Positions 33,641 to 46,046 of a stretch of DNA of 64,000 bases are shown here, one piece after another. The translations under genes and the position numbers were made by a program. This DNA is from Novosphingobium sp. GTDB taxonomy: Bacteria > Pseudomonadota > Alphaproteobacteria > Sphingomonadales > Sphingomonadaceae. The stretch is from positions 6,763 to 70,762 of the forward strand of contig DATEJH010000002.1 of assembly GCA_035278205.1 (NCBI GenBank), given 5' to 3'. The notes beneath the pieces are model-generated. The model saw only the letters and a program-made list of their open reading frames with translations. It made no database searches and was not told the origin of the DNA. Each line of letters starts with the position of its first letter. Position 1 is the stretch's first letter.

Positions 33641-34225
33641 TTACCGCGTCGCCAAACCGCGCGCGAACTGGGCCTGCAGGTTGGCGAGGGTCGAGGGCGG
33701 TACCGGCGGAAGGGCCCGCGCGGCCTTGCCTTTGCGCAGGGCCGCGCGGTCGCTTTCGGAAGGCTGTACGACCCGCACCCGCACCGCCGCCTTGCCTTGC
33801 GAGCGGATGCCGAGCAGTTCGGCTGCGCCTTTCGAGAGGTCGATGACCCGCGCTGATTCACCAAAGGGCCCGCGATCGTTGATGCGGACCATGATCCTGC
33901 GTCCCGTCTCCAGCGCCGTCACTTCGACATAGGTCGGCAACGGCAGTGTCTTGTGCGCCGCGGTGTACCAGTCGGGACGGAAGCGTTCTCCGTTGGCGGT
34001 CCGATTGCCGGATTCGTTGCCGTACCAGGTTGCATAGCCCAGGATATCGTACCCGGGATCGGCAGCGGGCGTGTAAGTCATGCCCCGCACTTTGTAAGGC
34101 GGTCCGATCCGTACCGGGTTGTCGCTCACCGGCCGGTACTTCACGGCCCCTCCGCACGCGGCGAGCGCCAGCGATGCGGCGGCTGCGAAGAGCAGGCGGG
34201 CACCGGTTTTCGCGAAGTCGGCCAT
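33641..34225 (-). CDS. RlpA-family lytic transglycosylase lipoprotein (no SPOR domain)
   Basis: LAAC lipobox, ATWYG, AAHKTLPL, RINDRGPF, IDLS. Confidence 0.9.
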   Translation of the reverse strand: MADFAKTGARLLFAAAASLALAACGGAVKYRPVSDNPVRIGPPYKVRGMTYTPAADPGYDILGYATWYGNESGNRTANGERFRPDWYTAAHKTLPLPTYVEVTALETGRRIMVRINDRGPFGESARVIDLSKGAAELLGIRSQGKAAVRVRVVQPSESDRAALRKGKAARALPPVPPSTLANLQAQFARGLATR

Positions 34226-34367
34226 GGCTCGTGTTAGCCACGCCTGGATTCACGTGTCACGATGCCCGCCCAAGTTATCCCCGTCCGGAGAGGGCAGCGC
34301 AAGCGCGCGCTGCCGAACCCGTCCCTCTCGTCGTTGGCAGGAGGGACCGGGCGGGGGAGCCGTGCTC

Positions 34368-34745
34368 TTATTTCGCTGCGATCGCGATGGAACTGCTGAC
34401 CTGAGCCAGCTTCTCGGGTTGTCCGCGCGCCGCCATTCGCGCCGCGACGATCCTGTCGCGGTCGGCAAAGGCCTGCTTTATCGACTGGTCGCGGCAATTG
34501 CGCATGTCCGCTACCTCGCGCATGATGCGGTTGTCGGCCGACCCGCAGACGTTCCGTACCGCTATGGCAATGCGCGTGTTGAGCCGATCCATGCCGTCCG
34601 GCGTATCGAGATCAAGATCTCCGAAACGCACTTCGCGGCTCTGCTCGCGGAGTGGGTGGCCATCCTTCACGACGACCTGGGCAAATGCCGGTGCCGCCAT
34701 GCAAACGACAGTGACGGCGCTGATGATGAGGCGGATATTCTTCAT
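34368..34745 (-). CDS. UrcA family protein
   Basis: Signal peptide; VRFGDLDL..PDG...L..RI..AVRNVC...C pattern. Confidence 0.8.
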   Translation of the reverse strand: MKNIRLIISAVTVVCMAAPAFAQVVVKDGHPLREQSREVRFGDLDLDTPDGMDRLNTRIAIAVRNVCGSADNRIMREVADMRNCRDQSIKQAFADRDRIVAARMAARGQPEKLAQVSSSIAIAAK

Positions 34746-35142
34746 GGTCAGTCTCCTCTCCCGAAAATGCGCAATTGAAGCCGTCGGATCGGACGACCCG
34801 CGGAATAGGATTGGAATGAGGCCCGGTTGGCATGGAAAGTCAGCCCGAAACGGTGCGAACCGCAGGGCGAAAATCTTCTGGAAAAGCGATAAGACTCAGG
34901 TGCTCCCCAGCCCTCGACTCATCTTGTCCTCGGGATGAGTCTTCGGAATTAAATTACAAGGAATAATCAGTTCTTGTTAAAAAGAATAATCCATGTTCAT
35001 TCCTGGCGAAATATTACGCCTGTTCCGAAGTCCCGAAAAGAACGTAATGAGGGGCTGCGGCGAACCGCGCCCTACGTGCGACAAGGCGCGCGTCGGTTGG
35101 AAAAATATTTGCCGCTAGCAGTCGTGCCGCCGGCAGGGGACG

Positions 35143-35499
35143 TCAGCGCCGGCAATACTCGTAGTAGCCGGCGCGGCAGGCGGCGACATCGTGCCGCCAT
35201 TCGGCCATGGCACGTTCGTAGTCGCGCCGGTCGGCTTCGTATACCTGCTGCTGCGCCTCATAGCGTCCGCCCGAACCCGATCCGCGCCGGGAACGGGCAT
35301 AGGCGCGCCAACCATCCGCATACCGGGCATCGCGCTTGCGGACGTAATCGAGCTGTTCGCGGTTGAGCCGTCGGATCGTCTCGCGATCTTGCGCGAGTTC
35401 CTCGGGAGTGAGCTTCTCGTTCGGATCGTCCGCCAGAGCCGGACCGCACGCCACGACTGCAGCCAAGGCCGCCGCGCTCACCCAGACCATGCGCTTCAT
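35143..35499 (-). CDS. Secreted hypothetical protein
   Basis: Signal peptide (PALADDP), coiled-coil, C-terminal ACRAGYYEYC. Confidence 0.7.
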   Translation of the reverse strand: MKRMVWVSAAALAAVVACGPALADDPNEKLTPEELAQDRETIRRLNREQLDYVRKRDARYADGWRAYARSRRGSGSGGRYEAQQQVYEADRRDYERAMAEWRHDVAACRAGYYEYCRR

Positions 35500-35626
35500 A
35501 TGATTTCTTCGATCCTTCCTGAACTCGGCGCGCATTCTGCCCTGCCGTGCGCCGGGATGCAAAGGCATTGCGATGAGCCGTTGAAGCCCCATCTATGCAC
35601 TTGCCTCAGGCGCCCTTGATCGGGGC

Positions 35627-35641
35627 GAACAAATCTGGAAC
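35627..35641 (+). promoter_or_regulatory. Alphaproteobacterial LexA (SOS) box
   Basis: GAAC-AAATCTG-GAAC (GAAC-N7-GAAC), 11 nt before the uvrA ATG. Confidence 0.85.
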
Positions 35642-35652
35642 ATACCGCCTTC

Positions 35653-38628
<2,976 letters not shown>

Positions 38629-38771
38629 CTAGACATCCTGTCCACCCCGCATTTGATCCGCGGTTTTAATTTGGGGAACATTGCGAAGATTTACGGCGCG
38701 AACTTGCGATTGATGTTGGGTGACGCCTAGCAAGCGCTGGAACAAATTTCCGCTCGCGAGATAAGGTATTC

Positions 38772-39587
38772 ATGTCCGAAAACCAAGACCCACTTCACGT
38801 TATCAAAATGGCATATGAGCCGTTGGTGCGCGTTCGGCATCCTTCTGAAGCCGCCCGTTGGCCTGTGCTAACGGGAGCAGATATAAAGATTGGTAGTTAT
38901 AAGGGCTGGTTGATAGTGTTCTTGAAGCACACCGGAAACCCCAACATGACTAGCCGCTCCGGCCAAGGTGAACTTAAATCTGGTCTTGTCGGTGCCGATG
39001 CCATTACGCTTGATAATCTGGAAGCAGTGCGTGATCGGCTACTACGACACTACAGAGCCACGCTGGACGATGCGCTAGTGATGGTTCCCCCATCGGGCGC
39101 TCTTAATCGGACCGAGCTGGAGTTGATGATGGCGCGCCATGAGGCGGCGCTAGGGATTGCCAAGATGAAGATATTTCTTAGCCACAAGACTCACGACAAG
39201 GCGATGGTGCGCGACTTCAAACGCACCTTGGAAACTCTGGGCCTTGACCCATGGCTCGATGAAGATGCAATGGCAGCAGGGGCACAACTCGATCGGGCAA
39301 TCCTTAAAGGAATGCAGGATTCGTGTGCGGCTGTGTTTTTCATCACTCCTAACTTTGTTGATGAGGCGTTTCTCGCCTTCGAAATCAATTACGCGATTGC
39401 CCAGCAACGATCTAGGCCGCAACAGTTCGCGATAATTACCCTCGTCTTTGAGGAGAGCGGACAAAGGCCTAATGTACCTGATCTTCTGAGACCTTTCGTA
39501 TGGAAAGAGCCGAGTTCAAGCCTTCAAGGTCTGCAAGAGATCATCCGAGCCCTCCCTATAAAGCTAGGCGCTCCCCACTGGCGATGA
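38772..39587 (+). CDS. TIR-domain protein with an unrecognised N-terminal domain
   Basis: KIFLSHKTHDK..V, PWLDED, AVFFITPNF..., FEINYA (TIR_2 pattern with the conserved Glu); atypical codon usage. Confidence 0.85.
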   Translation: MSENQDPLHVIKMAYEPLVRVRHPSEAARWPVLTGADIKIGSYKGWLIVFLKHTGNPNMTSRSGQGELKSGLVGADAITLDNLEAVRDRLLRHYRATLDDALVMVPPSGALNRTELELMMARHEAALGIAKMKIFLSHKTHDKAMVRDFKRTLETLGLDPWLDEDAMAAGAQLDRAILKGMQDSCAAVFFITPNFVDEAFLAFEINYAIAQQRSRPQQFAIITLVFEESGQRPNVPDLLRPFVWKEPSSSLQGLQEIIRALPIKLGAPHWR

Positions 39588-39680
39588 GATGAGTGAAGGT
39601 CGCGTTTGGTGCGTCAATGCCCAAATCAGGCACGCAGACCCGGCCTTGCCCAACTGCGTTTAAAGGTATCAGTGACCGTT

Positions 39681-40241
39681 ATGGTGCCCAAGACCTACCG
39701 TTCCGAGTTCGAAGCAGCCCTGCATCTACTTGCGCGGATCAGTTCCGAAATGGATGGCGAGGGCTATCGACCGCCTGTGCTGGTTGGCGGCGGCGCGGTG
39801 GAACTGTACACGCGCGGGACAGTGACGACTGGCGACTTTGACTTGTCCTGCGGAAGGCAGGACGTGTTGGAAGCAGTCATGCAGCGGCATGGCTTCGTCA
39901 GGCCAGCCGGGCCGGGTGTGGCCACGCGCGGGTGGGTTCATCCGCAGCTCAAGCTGGGCTTCGAATGTGTCTCTGACACGCTGCTGGATGGCATGGCTGA
40001 TCGCGACATGGTGCAGATCGTCCAACTCGGATCAGACGGTGAAGTGGCAGTGATCGCGCCCGAGGACATCATCGCCGACCGCATGGGCCAGTTCGCCTCA
40101 GGCAGTGCGCCGGAAATGCTCGGGCAGGCACGGGCGTTGTTCGCGCTGTGCGAAGGCCTCGACATGGACTATATGGCGAGGCGTATCGCAGAGGAAACGG
40201 CGGGTAGCCATGGGCTTCAGGACCTTCAAGCCGAAGCGTGA
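39681..40241 (+). CDS. Putative nucleotidyltransferase (AbiEii/DUF6036-like)
   Basis: VLVGGGAVELY...TTGDFDL and APEDIIADR motifs. Confidence 0.65.
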   Translation: MVPKTYRSEFEAALHLLARISSEMDGEGYRPPVLVGGGAVELYTRGTVTTGDFDLSCGRQDVLEAVMQRHGFVRPAGPGVATRGWVHPQLKLGFECVSDTLLDGMADRDMVQIVQLGSDGEVAVIAPEDIIADRMGQFASGSAPEMLGQARALFALCEGLDMDYMARRIAEETAGSHGLQDLQAEA

Positions 40242-40392
40242 GCCGATCACGCTGGAAGAACTCGGGGCGCGGATTGCGCGTCGGCGGGCGGAGCTTGGTA
40301 AGGTCGAGGTCCCCCGCAATTCGGGCAACCGCCGCACCGGCTCCAAGCGTGCGCTGCTCAAGGCGATCGAGGAGGCCGGGGGGAAGTGGTGA
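40210..40392 (+). CDS. Small basic hypothetical protein (60 aa), overlaps the NTase gene
   Basis: MGFRTFKPKREPITLEELGARIARRRAELGKVEVPRNSGNRRTGSKRALLKAIEEAGGKW; host-like codon usage. Confidence 0.6.
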   Translation: MGFRTFKPKREPITLEELGARIARRRAELGKVEVPRNSGNRRTGSKRALLKAIEEAGGKW

Positions 40393-40570
40393 TCTGCCTT
40401 CGGCAGTGACTCACACGAAGGCTTGGAGGTGTCCCGCGGGCCGCAGACGCCTTTTGTCATTCATGGCTTTCGCCGAACGCACCGTCGGAGGGAAAGCGGT
40501 TCCGCTGCCAGGTGCGGCCTCTTTGCCTTCGCGCCTGCGCGTTACCTATGCAGCCTTGTGCGGCAAAGAT

Positions 40571-40638
40571 CCTCTCACAACTCCGGCTGCTGCCCTTCGG
40601 CCACAAGCCTGCGCCTCTCTCCCCTGAGGGGAAGCGAG
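40571..40638. repeat. Degenerate palindromic repeat ending in CTCCCCTGAGGGGA
   Basis: Hairpin TCCCC-TGA-GGGGA; resembles intergenic repeats I recall from sphingomonads. Confidence 0.4.
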
Positions 40639-40787
40639 TTCGCGGGGCCGCAGACAAACAACTTTCCTACAGCCCCCCGTATGCCATAAGTGCTCCGGTT
40701 CACCCCGGCGCGGCTCTTTCGCGCGCCGGTCCTGTTGCTTCAGTTCTGGGGGTGAACCATGTCCGGCCAGTCCGGTCCCCAAATTCC

Positions 40788-40940
40788 GTCCTTCGACAAG
40801 CTCAGGATGAGCGGAGTGGCGAGGAGGAGCGGGCGCAGTATCCCACTTCATTAGGGCGGGGTGGATTCCGGCTTCGCGCGACATCGGGCTGCCCGGTGAG
40901 GACATTCTTGCCCCCGCTCACCCTGAGCTTGCCGAAGGGC
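40788..40940. repeat. Inverted pair of REP-like repeats
   Basis: GTCCTTCGACAAGCTCAGGATGAGCGG (40788-40814) and CCGCTCACCCTGAGCTTGCCGAAGGGC (40914-40940). Confidence 0.85.
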
Positions 40941-41311
40941 GGACTGGCGCCGACCATGCGTCGCGAACGGGGCCGTTGGCATCCGGACGGGGGAGTTGAC
41001 CGAAGGGCCTGCAAGCTCCCGCGCCAACGCCTGGACCGATGGGCGCAAGGTCTCGTTTCTTCACCACCTCTCGAGTTCAAGTCGATGGACGGCCCAGCGG
41101 GATTCCGTTCTGGATTGTGTAAACCTGACGAGGCAGCAAGATTCTCGCGCGCCGGGGGGCGGCAAAAAAATCGCGCAGGGCCGGGAACGGATCGGAGGGG
41201 CTGCCGTTAAGTGGGTGAAGGCCGGCGCGGCACATCTCCACCCCCCTCCCACTGCCGCGCTGGCCGACCTTTTCCTTTAAAATCTGGGCGTTGCGCGAGT
41301 TTACACGCTCG

Positions 41312-41402
41312 CATTCCCCGGCGTAGGCCGGGGCCCGGTCCTGCGGCAGAAGTCGTTTGGGGCGTTAGCGATTGCCGGAACCCGGCCTGCGCCGGGATGA
41401 CG
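41312..41402. repeat. Inverted pair of a second palindromic (CGTC-tagged-type) REP family
   Basis: CCCCGGCGTAGGCCGGGG (41316-41333) and CCCGGCCTGCGCCGGGATGACG (41381-41402). Confidence 0.7.
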
Positions 41403-41411
41403 GCGAGCGCG

Positions 41412-41876
41412 TCAGTCTGCCAGCAGCGCCAGGTCGACCCGGCCGGAGCCGGCGCGGGCGATGCCGATCTGCTCCGCGGCGGCTTCGCTTAGGTCGATCA
41501 CGCGGTTGCCGTGGAACGGGCCGCGATCATTGATGGTGACGATGACGGAATTGCCCGTCCGCTCGTTGGTCACGCGCACCTTGCTGCCGAAGGGCAGGGT
41601 GCGGTGCGCGGCGGTGAGCGCGGCGGGATTGAAGCGCTGGCCGCTGGCGGTGCGGGCGCCGGCAAGTTCGTTTCCGTAGAAGCTCGCCACGCCCGAGCCG
41701 ATCGGCTGAAAGCGGGACTCTTCGGCGGCGGGGGCTTCCGGAGCGGCCTCGATCACAGCAGGCGCGCTGGTCGTGACGGCGATGTCCTCGGCGAGCACGG
41801 GGCCCGCAAGCGGGAGCGTGGCCAGAACCGCGACGGCGATCAGGCCCACTCTCCGGTCACCCGGTCTGAATGCCAA
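41412..41876 (-). CDS. RlpA-family protein (DPBB domain only)
   Basis: ASFYG, AAHRTLPFG, INDRGPF, IDLS; start uncertain. Confidence 0.88.
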   Translation of the reverse strand: MAFRPGDRRVGLIAVAVLATLPLAGPVLAEDIAVTTSAPAVIEAAPEAPAAEESRFQPIGSGVASFYGNELAGARTASGQRFNPAALTAAHRTLPFGSKVRVTNERTGNSVIVTINDRGPFHGNRVIDLSEAAAEQIGIARAGSGRVDLALLAD

Positions 41877-42008
41877 AATGTCCCACTCCGTCCCGTTTTC
41901 GCGTGGAGGGACTCGTACACAGACGCGCCGGGCGGGGATACCCATGCGGAAGCGGCCCGTCGCGCTTTGGCAACGGGCCGCCGGAATGCGTTAACTGCTT
42001 GAGAGGAT

Positions 42009-43241
42009 TCAGGAAGCGTCGCGCTGGGCGAGCAGCCGGAGCCGGAGGGCATTGAGCTTGATGAATCCGGCAGCGTCCTTCTGGTCGTAGGCGCCGGCAT
42101 CGTCCTCGAACGTGACGTGGCGTTCGGAGTAAAGCGAGTCGGCGCTCTTGCGGCCGACTACCGAGGCATGGCCCTTGTAGAGCTTGAGGCGGACGGTGCC
42201 GTTGACGCGCTGCTGGCTGTGGTCGATCGCTGCCTGCAGCATCTCCCGCTCCGGGGCGAACCAGAAGCCGTTGTAGATGAGCTCCGCATACTTGGGCATG
42301 AGCTCGTCCTTGAGATGCGCGGCGCCCCGGTCGAGCGTGATCTGCTCGATACCGCGATGGGCTGCGGCGTAGATCGTGCCGCCCGGCGTCTCGTACATGC
42401 CGCGGCTCTTCATGCCGACGAAGCGGTTCTCGACAAGGTCCAGCCGGCCGATTCCGTGCTTGCGGCCAAGTTCATTGAGGGCGGTAAGGAGCGTTGCTGG
42501 GGACATCGCCTGACCGTTGAGGGCAACGCCGTCACCCTTCTCGAAGTCGATAATGATGTATTCCGGCTGGTCTGGCGCATCCTCGGGATTGACCGTGCGG
42601 GAATAGACGTAGTCCGGCGTCTCCTCCCACGGGTCTTCCAGCACCTTGCCTTCGGAGGAAGTGTGCAGGAGATTGGCATCGGTGGAGAAAGGGCTTTCGC
42701 CGCGCTTGTCCTTGGGAACCGGAATCTGGTGCGATTCCGCCCAGGCGATCAGCGCAGTGCGGCTGGTCAGGTCCCATTCGCGCCAGGGGGCGATGACCTT
42801 GATGTTCGGGTCGAGCGCATAGGCGGAAAGCTCGAAGCGGACCTGGTCATTGCCCTTGCCGGTGGCGCCATGCGCGACGGCGTCGGCGCCTGTCTCGTGC
42901 GCGATCTTGATCAGGCGCTTGGAAATCAGCGGCCGCGCGATCGAGGTGCCGAGCAGGTAGTCGCCCTCATAGCGGGCATTGGCGCGCATCATCGGGAAGA
43001 CGAAATCGCGGACGAATTCCTCGCGCAGGTCGTCGATGTAGATGTGCTTGTCCGGCACGCCCATCAGCTTTGCCTTGGCGCGTGCAGGCTCGAGTTCCTC
43101 GCCTTGGCCGAGGTCGGCGGTGAAAGTCACCACCTCGCAGTTGTAGGTGACCTGCAGCCATTTGAGGATGACGCTGGTGTCGAGGCCTCCCGAATAGGCG
43201 AGGACGACCTTCTTGATATCGGACATCTTGTTGTCGGACAT
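42009..43241 (-). CDS. argG: Argininosuccinate synthase
   Basis: [37 protein letters not shown]. Confidence 0.97.
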   Translation of the reverse strand: MSDNKMSDIKKVVLAYSGGLDTSVILKWLQVTYNCEVVTFTADLGQGEELEPARAKAKLMGVPDKHIYIDDLREEFVRDFVFPMMRANARYEGDYLLGTSIARPLISKRLIKIAHETGADAVAHGATGKGNDQVRFELSAYALDPNIKVIAPWREWDLTSRTALIAWAESHQIPVPKDKRGESPFSTDANLLHTSSEGKVLEDPWEETPDYVYSRTVNPEDAPDQPEYIIIDFEKGDGVALNGQAMSPATLLTALNELGRKHGIGRLDLVENRFVGMKSRGMYETPGGTIYAAAHRGIEQITLDRGAAHLKDELMPKYAELIYNGFWFAPEREMLQAAIDHSQQRVNGTVRLKLYKGHASVVGRKSADSLYSERHVTFEDDAGAYDQKDAAGFIKLNALRLRLLAQRDAS

Positions 43242-43304
43242 GGGGGCGCGGAGCTCCACTGGATTCGAGGCGGGAATTGCGACGCGCGCCTAACAGCGCC
43301 GCCG

Positions 43305-44579
43305 CTACTTCGCAATGGCGCGATGCGGTTGTTCTTCCGTCAGCAGCTCCGCTTCGCACTCGGCCATGTAGCCGCGGGTCAAGGGCAACGCGCGGCGGTT
43401 GCGGATGTACTGGATCTGGTAGTTGCACATGCCGCCGCTCTCGAAAGCCGCCGTCGCGCCGGCGAGATAGAAGATCCACATGCGGTAGAAGCGGTCGCCA
43501 TAGAGCGAGACTATCTCGTCCTTGTGCGCGAAGCAGCGCTTGTACCACTCCCGCAGTGTCCTCGCGTAGTGCAGGCGCAGGTTCTCGACATCGGCGGCGA
43601 TCAGGCGCGAGCGCTCGCTGGCGGCGACCGTCTCGCTAAGAGCGGGTATATAGCCGCCTGGGAAGATGTACTTGCGGGTGAAGGCGTCGGTGGAGCCGGG
43701 CTTACCCATGCGGCCGATGGTGTGAAGCAGCATGACACCGTCATGGACGAGCATCGAGGCACAGTCATGGAAGAAGCGGTTGAACTGCGCCTGTCCGACA
43801 TGCTCGAACATGCCGACGGAGACGATGCGGTCGAATGTCTCGCCGCGCGCGGCAAGATCGCGGTAGTCGACCAGCTCGAAGCGGACCCGGTCCGACACGC
43901 CCGCCGCCTCGGCACGTTCTCGGGCGAGAGCGAGTTGTTCTTCGCTGAGTGTGATGCCGAGGACTTCCGCCCCCACCTTGCGGGCGATGTAGATCGCCAT
44001 TCCGCCCCAGCCGCAGCCGATGTCGAGCACTCGCTGGCCGGGTGCGAGCACTAGCTTGGAGGCAATGTGCGCCAGCTTCGCTTCTTGCGCTTCCTCCAGC
44101 GTCATGCCTTCGCGCGGCCAATAGGCGCAACTGTATTGCATGTGCTCCCGGTCGAGGAACAGCGTGTAGAGGTCGTTTCCGATGTCGTAATGGTGGGCGA
44201 CGTTCGCCTTGGCACGCGCGGCTTTGTTGATGCCGTCGATAACCGTCATTGTGCGGTCGTACAGGCGGGTGAACCAGGCTCCGTCGCCAAGCTTCACGCC
44301 CCGGTCCCAGGGGCGGTTCGAGCGAAGCAGCGCAATCAGTTCCACGATGTCGCCCCGCTCGATCACAAGCTGGCCGTCCATGAAGGCTTCGCCCGCGCCG
44401 AGACGGGGGTCGAAGACCACCTTGCGCTGGGCTTGCGGGGTGGTGAAACGGACTGTCACTTCTGGGAAGCCCGCCTCGGGCGATCCCATGCGGCTGGTGC
44501 TGCCGTCTGCGAACGTCACTTCCAGCACGCCCTTGCGGATGACCCTGGAGAGAAACCTGTTGAGCAACGCTTTCGACAT
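43305..44579 (-). CDS. cfa: Cyclopropane-fatty-acyl-phospholipid synthase family
   Basis: HHYDIGN, YSCAYW, LDIGCGWGG, SVGMFEHVG, YIFPGG. Confidence 0.9.
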   Translation of the reverse strand: MSKALLNRFLSRVIRKGVLEVTFADGSTSRMGSPEAGFPEVTVRFTTPQAQRKVVFDPRLGAGEAFMDGQLVIERGDIVELIALLRSNRPWDRGVKLGDGAWFTRLYDRTMTVIDGINKAARAKANVAHHYDIGNDLYTLFLDREHMQYSCAYWPREGMTLEEAQEAKLAHIASKLVLAPGQRVLDIGCGWGGMAIYIARKVGAEVLGITLSEEQLALARERAEAAGVSDRVRFELVDYRDLAARGETFDRIVSVGMFEHVGQAQFNRFFHDCASMLVHDGVMLLHTIGRMGKPGSTDAFTRKYIFPGGYIPALSETVAASERSRLIAADVENLRLHYARTLREWYKRCFAHKDEIVSLYGDRFYRMWIFYLAGATAAFESGGMCNYQIQYIRNRRALPLTRGYMAECEAELLTEEQPHRAIAK

Positions 44580-44695
44580 ATCTGTCTGACCTTTGGCGGG
44601 AATTCCGATAGTGATGGGCTGAGGGGCCTCTGTCGTGGATCCAAGAGACTTTACCCACTCTGAGGCGTTTCTTGCTCGCGAATCAACCTCTCAGG

Positions 44696-45451
44696 TTACT
44701 GCCTGGCGAGAAAAAGGACGTCGCGGTTCTGCGCGAGCAGGTGCTGCCCCGAATCGACGAACAGCGTTTCTCCGCTCGCCACCCACCCCTCGGCCAGAAA
44801 CAGCGCGGCTTCGGCAATGTCCTGCGGCGTCGTTCTGCGGGCCAGCAGGTTCATGCGGTGCGAAACCTCGGTTTCAGCCTCCGTCTGGTCATGGCTGGCA
44901 AGGATCGCGCCCGGAGCAATGCCGTAGATCCGGTCTTCCGCATGTTCCCGCGCCATCGACAGCATCGGAATGGTTGCGCCGAGCGCGTGTTTGCTCATCG
45001 TGTAGGAGAAGAAATCCGGATTGGGATTGTGCAGCTTCTGGTCGGTGACATGGATCACCCGCCGCCCGCCGCTTGCGCGTGCCTGCTGGAGGAAGGCCTG
45101 GGCCAGGCGCGCGGGCGTGCCGGCGTTCACCTGCATCGCATGTTCGAATGTGGCCGGATCGAGCGCCTGCGCGGTGTCGAGGTCGAACACGCCGGCACAA
45201 TTGACGAGGACACGCCAGTCATCGAGCCGTTTCGCCAGCTCTGCGACCAGTGCCGGGCCTTCGTTCCAGCCGTCCAGCTCGGCGCTGACAATTTCGGCCG
45301 AAGGCAGCTGCGCAGCGAGTGCTTTGGCTTGGCGCATGGATTTTCCGTAATGAATGAGCACGTGCCAGCCCGCGGCCCCAAAAGCGTGCGCGATTGCGGC
45401 TCCGATTCGCTTGGCGCCGCCGGTCACGAGCATGGCAGGGCGCGCGGTCAT
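44696..45451 (-). CDS. SDR oxidoreductase (pteridine reductase/FolM-like)
   Basis: TGGAKRIG, Y..SK, VDSGQHL. Confidence 0.85.
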   Translation of the reverse strand: MTARPAMLVTGGAKRIGAAIAHAFGAAGWHVLIHYGKSMRQAKALAAQLPSAEIVSAELDGWNEGPALVAELAKRLDDWRVLVNCAGVFDLDTAQALDPATFEHAMQVNAGTPARLAQAFLQQARASGGRRVIHVTDQKLHNPNPDFFSYTMSKHALGATIPMLSMAREHAEDRIYGIAPGAILASHDQTEAETEVSHRMNLLARRTTPQDIAEAALFLAEGWVASGETLFVDSGQHLLAQNRDVLFLARQ

Positions 45452-45658
45452 GAACCGGCCGCCATTTCGAACCGAGGTTTACAAGGTTTACACAGTCCCG
45501 GGACAGAAAACCGCCCCCTCTCCAGCGGTCCCGGGCGCTCCTGTCGGACTGGAAATTCAGGAGATACGGTCACTTCGGGCATGGCCGCATTGGAGCATAC
45601 CGCGGGCGAGTAGGAAAGGGCCGGCGCGCACGAACGCAGCGGGCGATGCCTGCAAGCG

Positions 45659-45698
45659 AAAAGGCGCGCCATCCTCCGGTCGAGGACGGACGCGCCTT
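45659..45698 (-). terminator. Rho-independent terminator after the glycine-zipper genes
   Basis: Minus strand AAGGCGCGTCCGTCCTC...GAGGATGGCGCGCCTTTT. Confidence 0.7.
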
Positions 45699-45716
45699 CG
45701 CAGGAGTCCCGATGAA

Positions 45717-46046
45717 TCAGCGGCAGCGCGGGCGCGAGTTGTTGCGGTCGATCTCGCGGCCCAGCAGGGCGCCGGCCGCGGCGCCTACGATGGTTCCCGT
45801 GGCCCGGTCGCCGCGCGTGTCGACTGCGCGCCCGAGCAGAGCGCCGGCGGCGCCGCCGATGAGGAGGCCGGTCGTGCCGTTCGACTTGCGGCAGTAATAG
45901 CGGCCGTCGTTGCCGCGCCAGTACCGCACGCCGTTGTCGGTGTGGTAATACCGATGCCGATGACGAGCTTCGGCGACTTCGGGCAGGGCCGTGACGGCGG
46001 GAATGGTGACAGCCGCCATGGTTGCGGCGAGAATGGCTTTACGCAT
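45717..46046 (-). CDS. Glycine zipper 2TM domain protein
   Basis: GRYYCRKSNGTTGLLIGGAAGALLG. Confidence 0.85.
   Translation of the reverse strand: MRKAILAATMAAVTIPAVTALPEVAEARHRHRYYHTDNGVRYWRGNDGRYYCRKSNGTTGLLIGGAAGALLGRAVDTRGDRATGTIVGAAAGALLGREIDRNNSRPRCR

Noticed and set aside
38675..38760. GAAC words upstream of the TIR gene as a second SOS box
   Set aside because: No GAAC-N7-GAAC/GTAC spacing is satisfied.
38772..40241. TIR plus NTase as canonical CBASS or Thoeris
   Set aside because: The NTase is short and has a GGxA/DxD pattern rather than the CD-NTase GS motif and size; no ThsA-like gene is seen.
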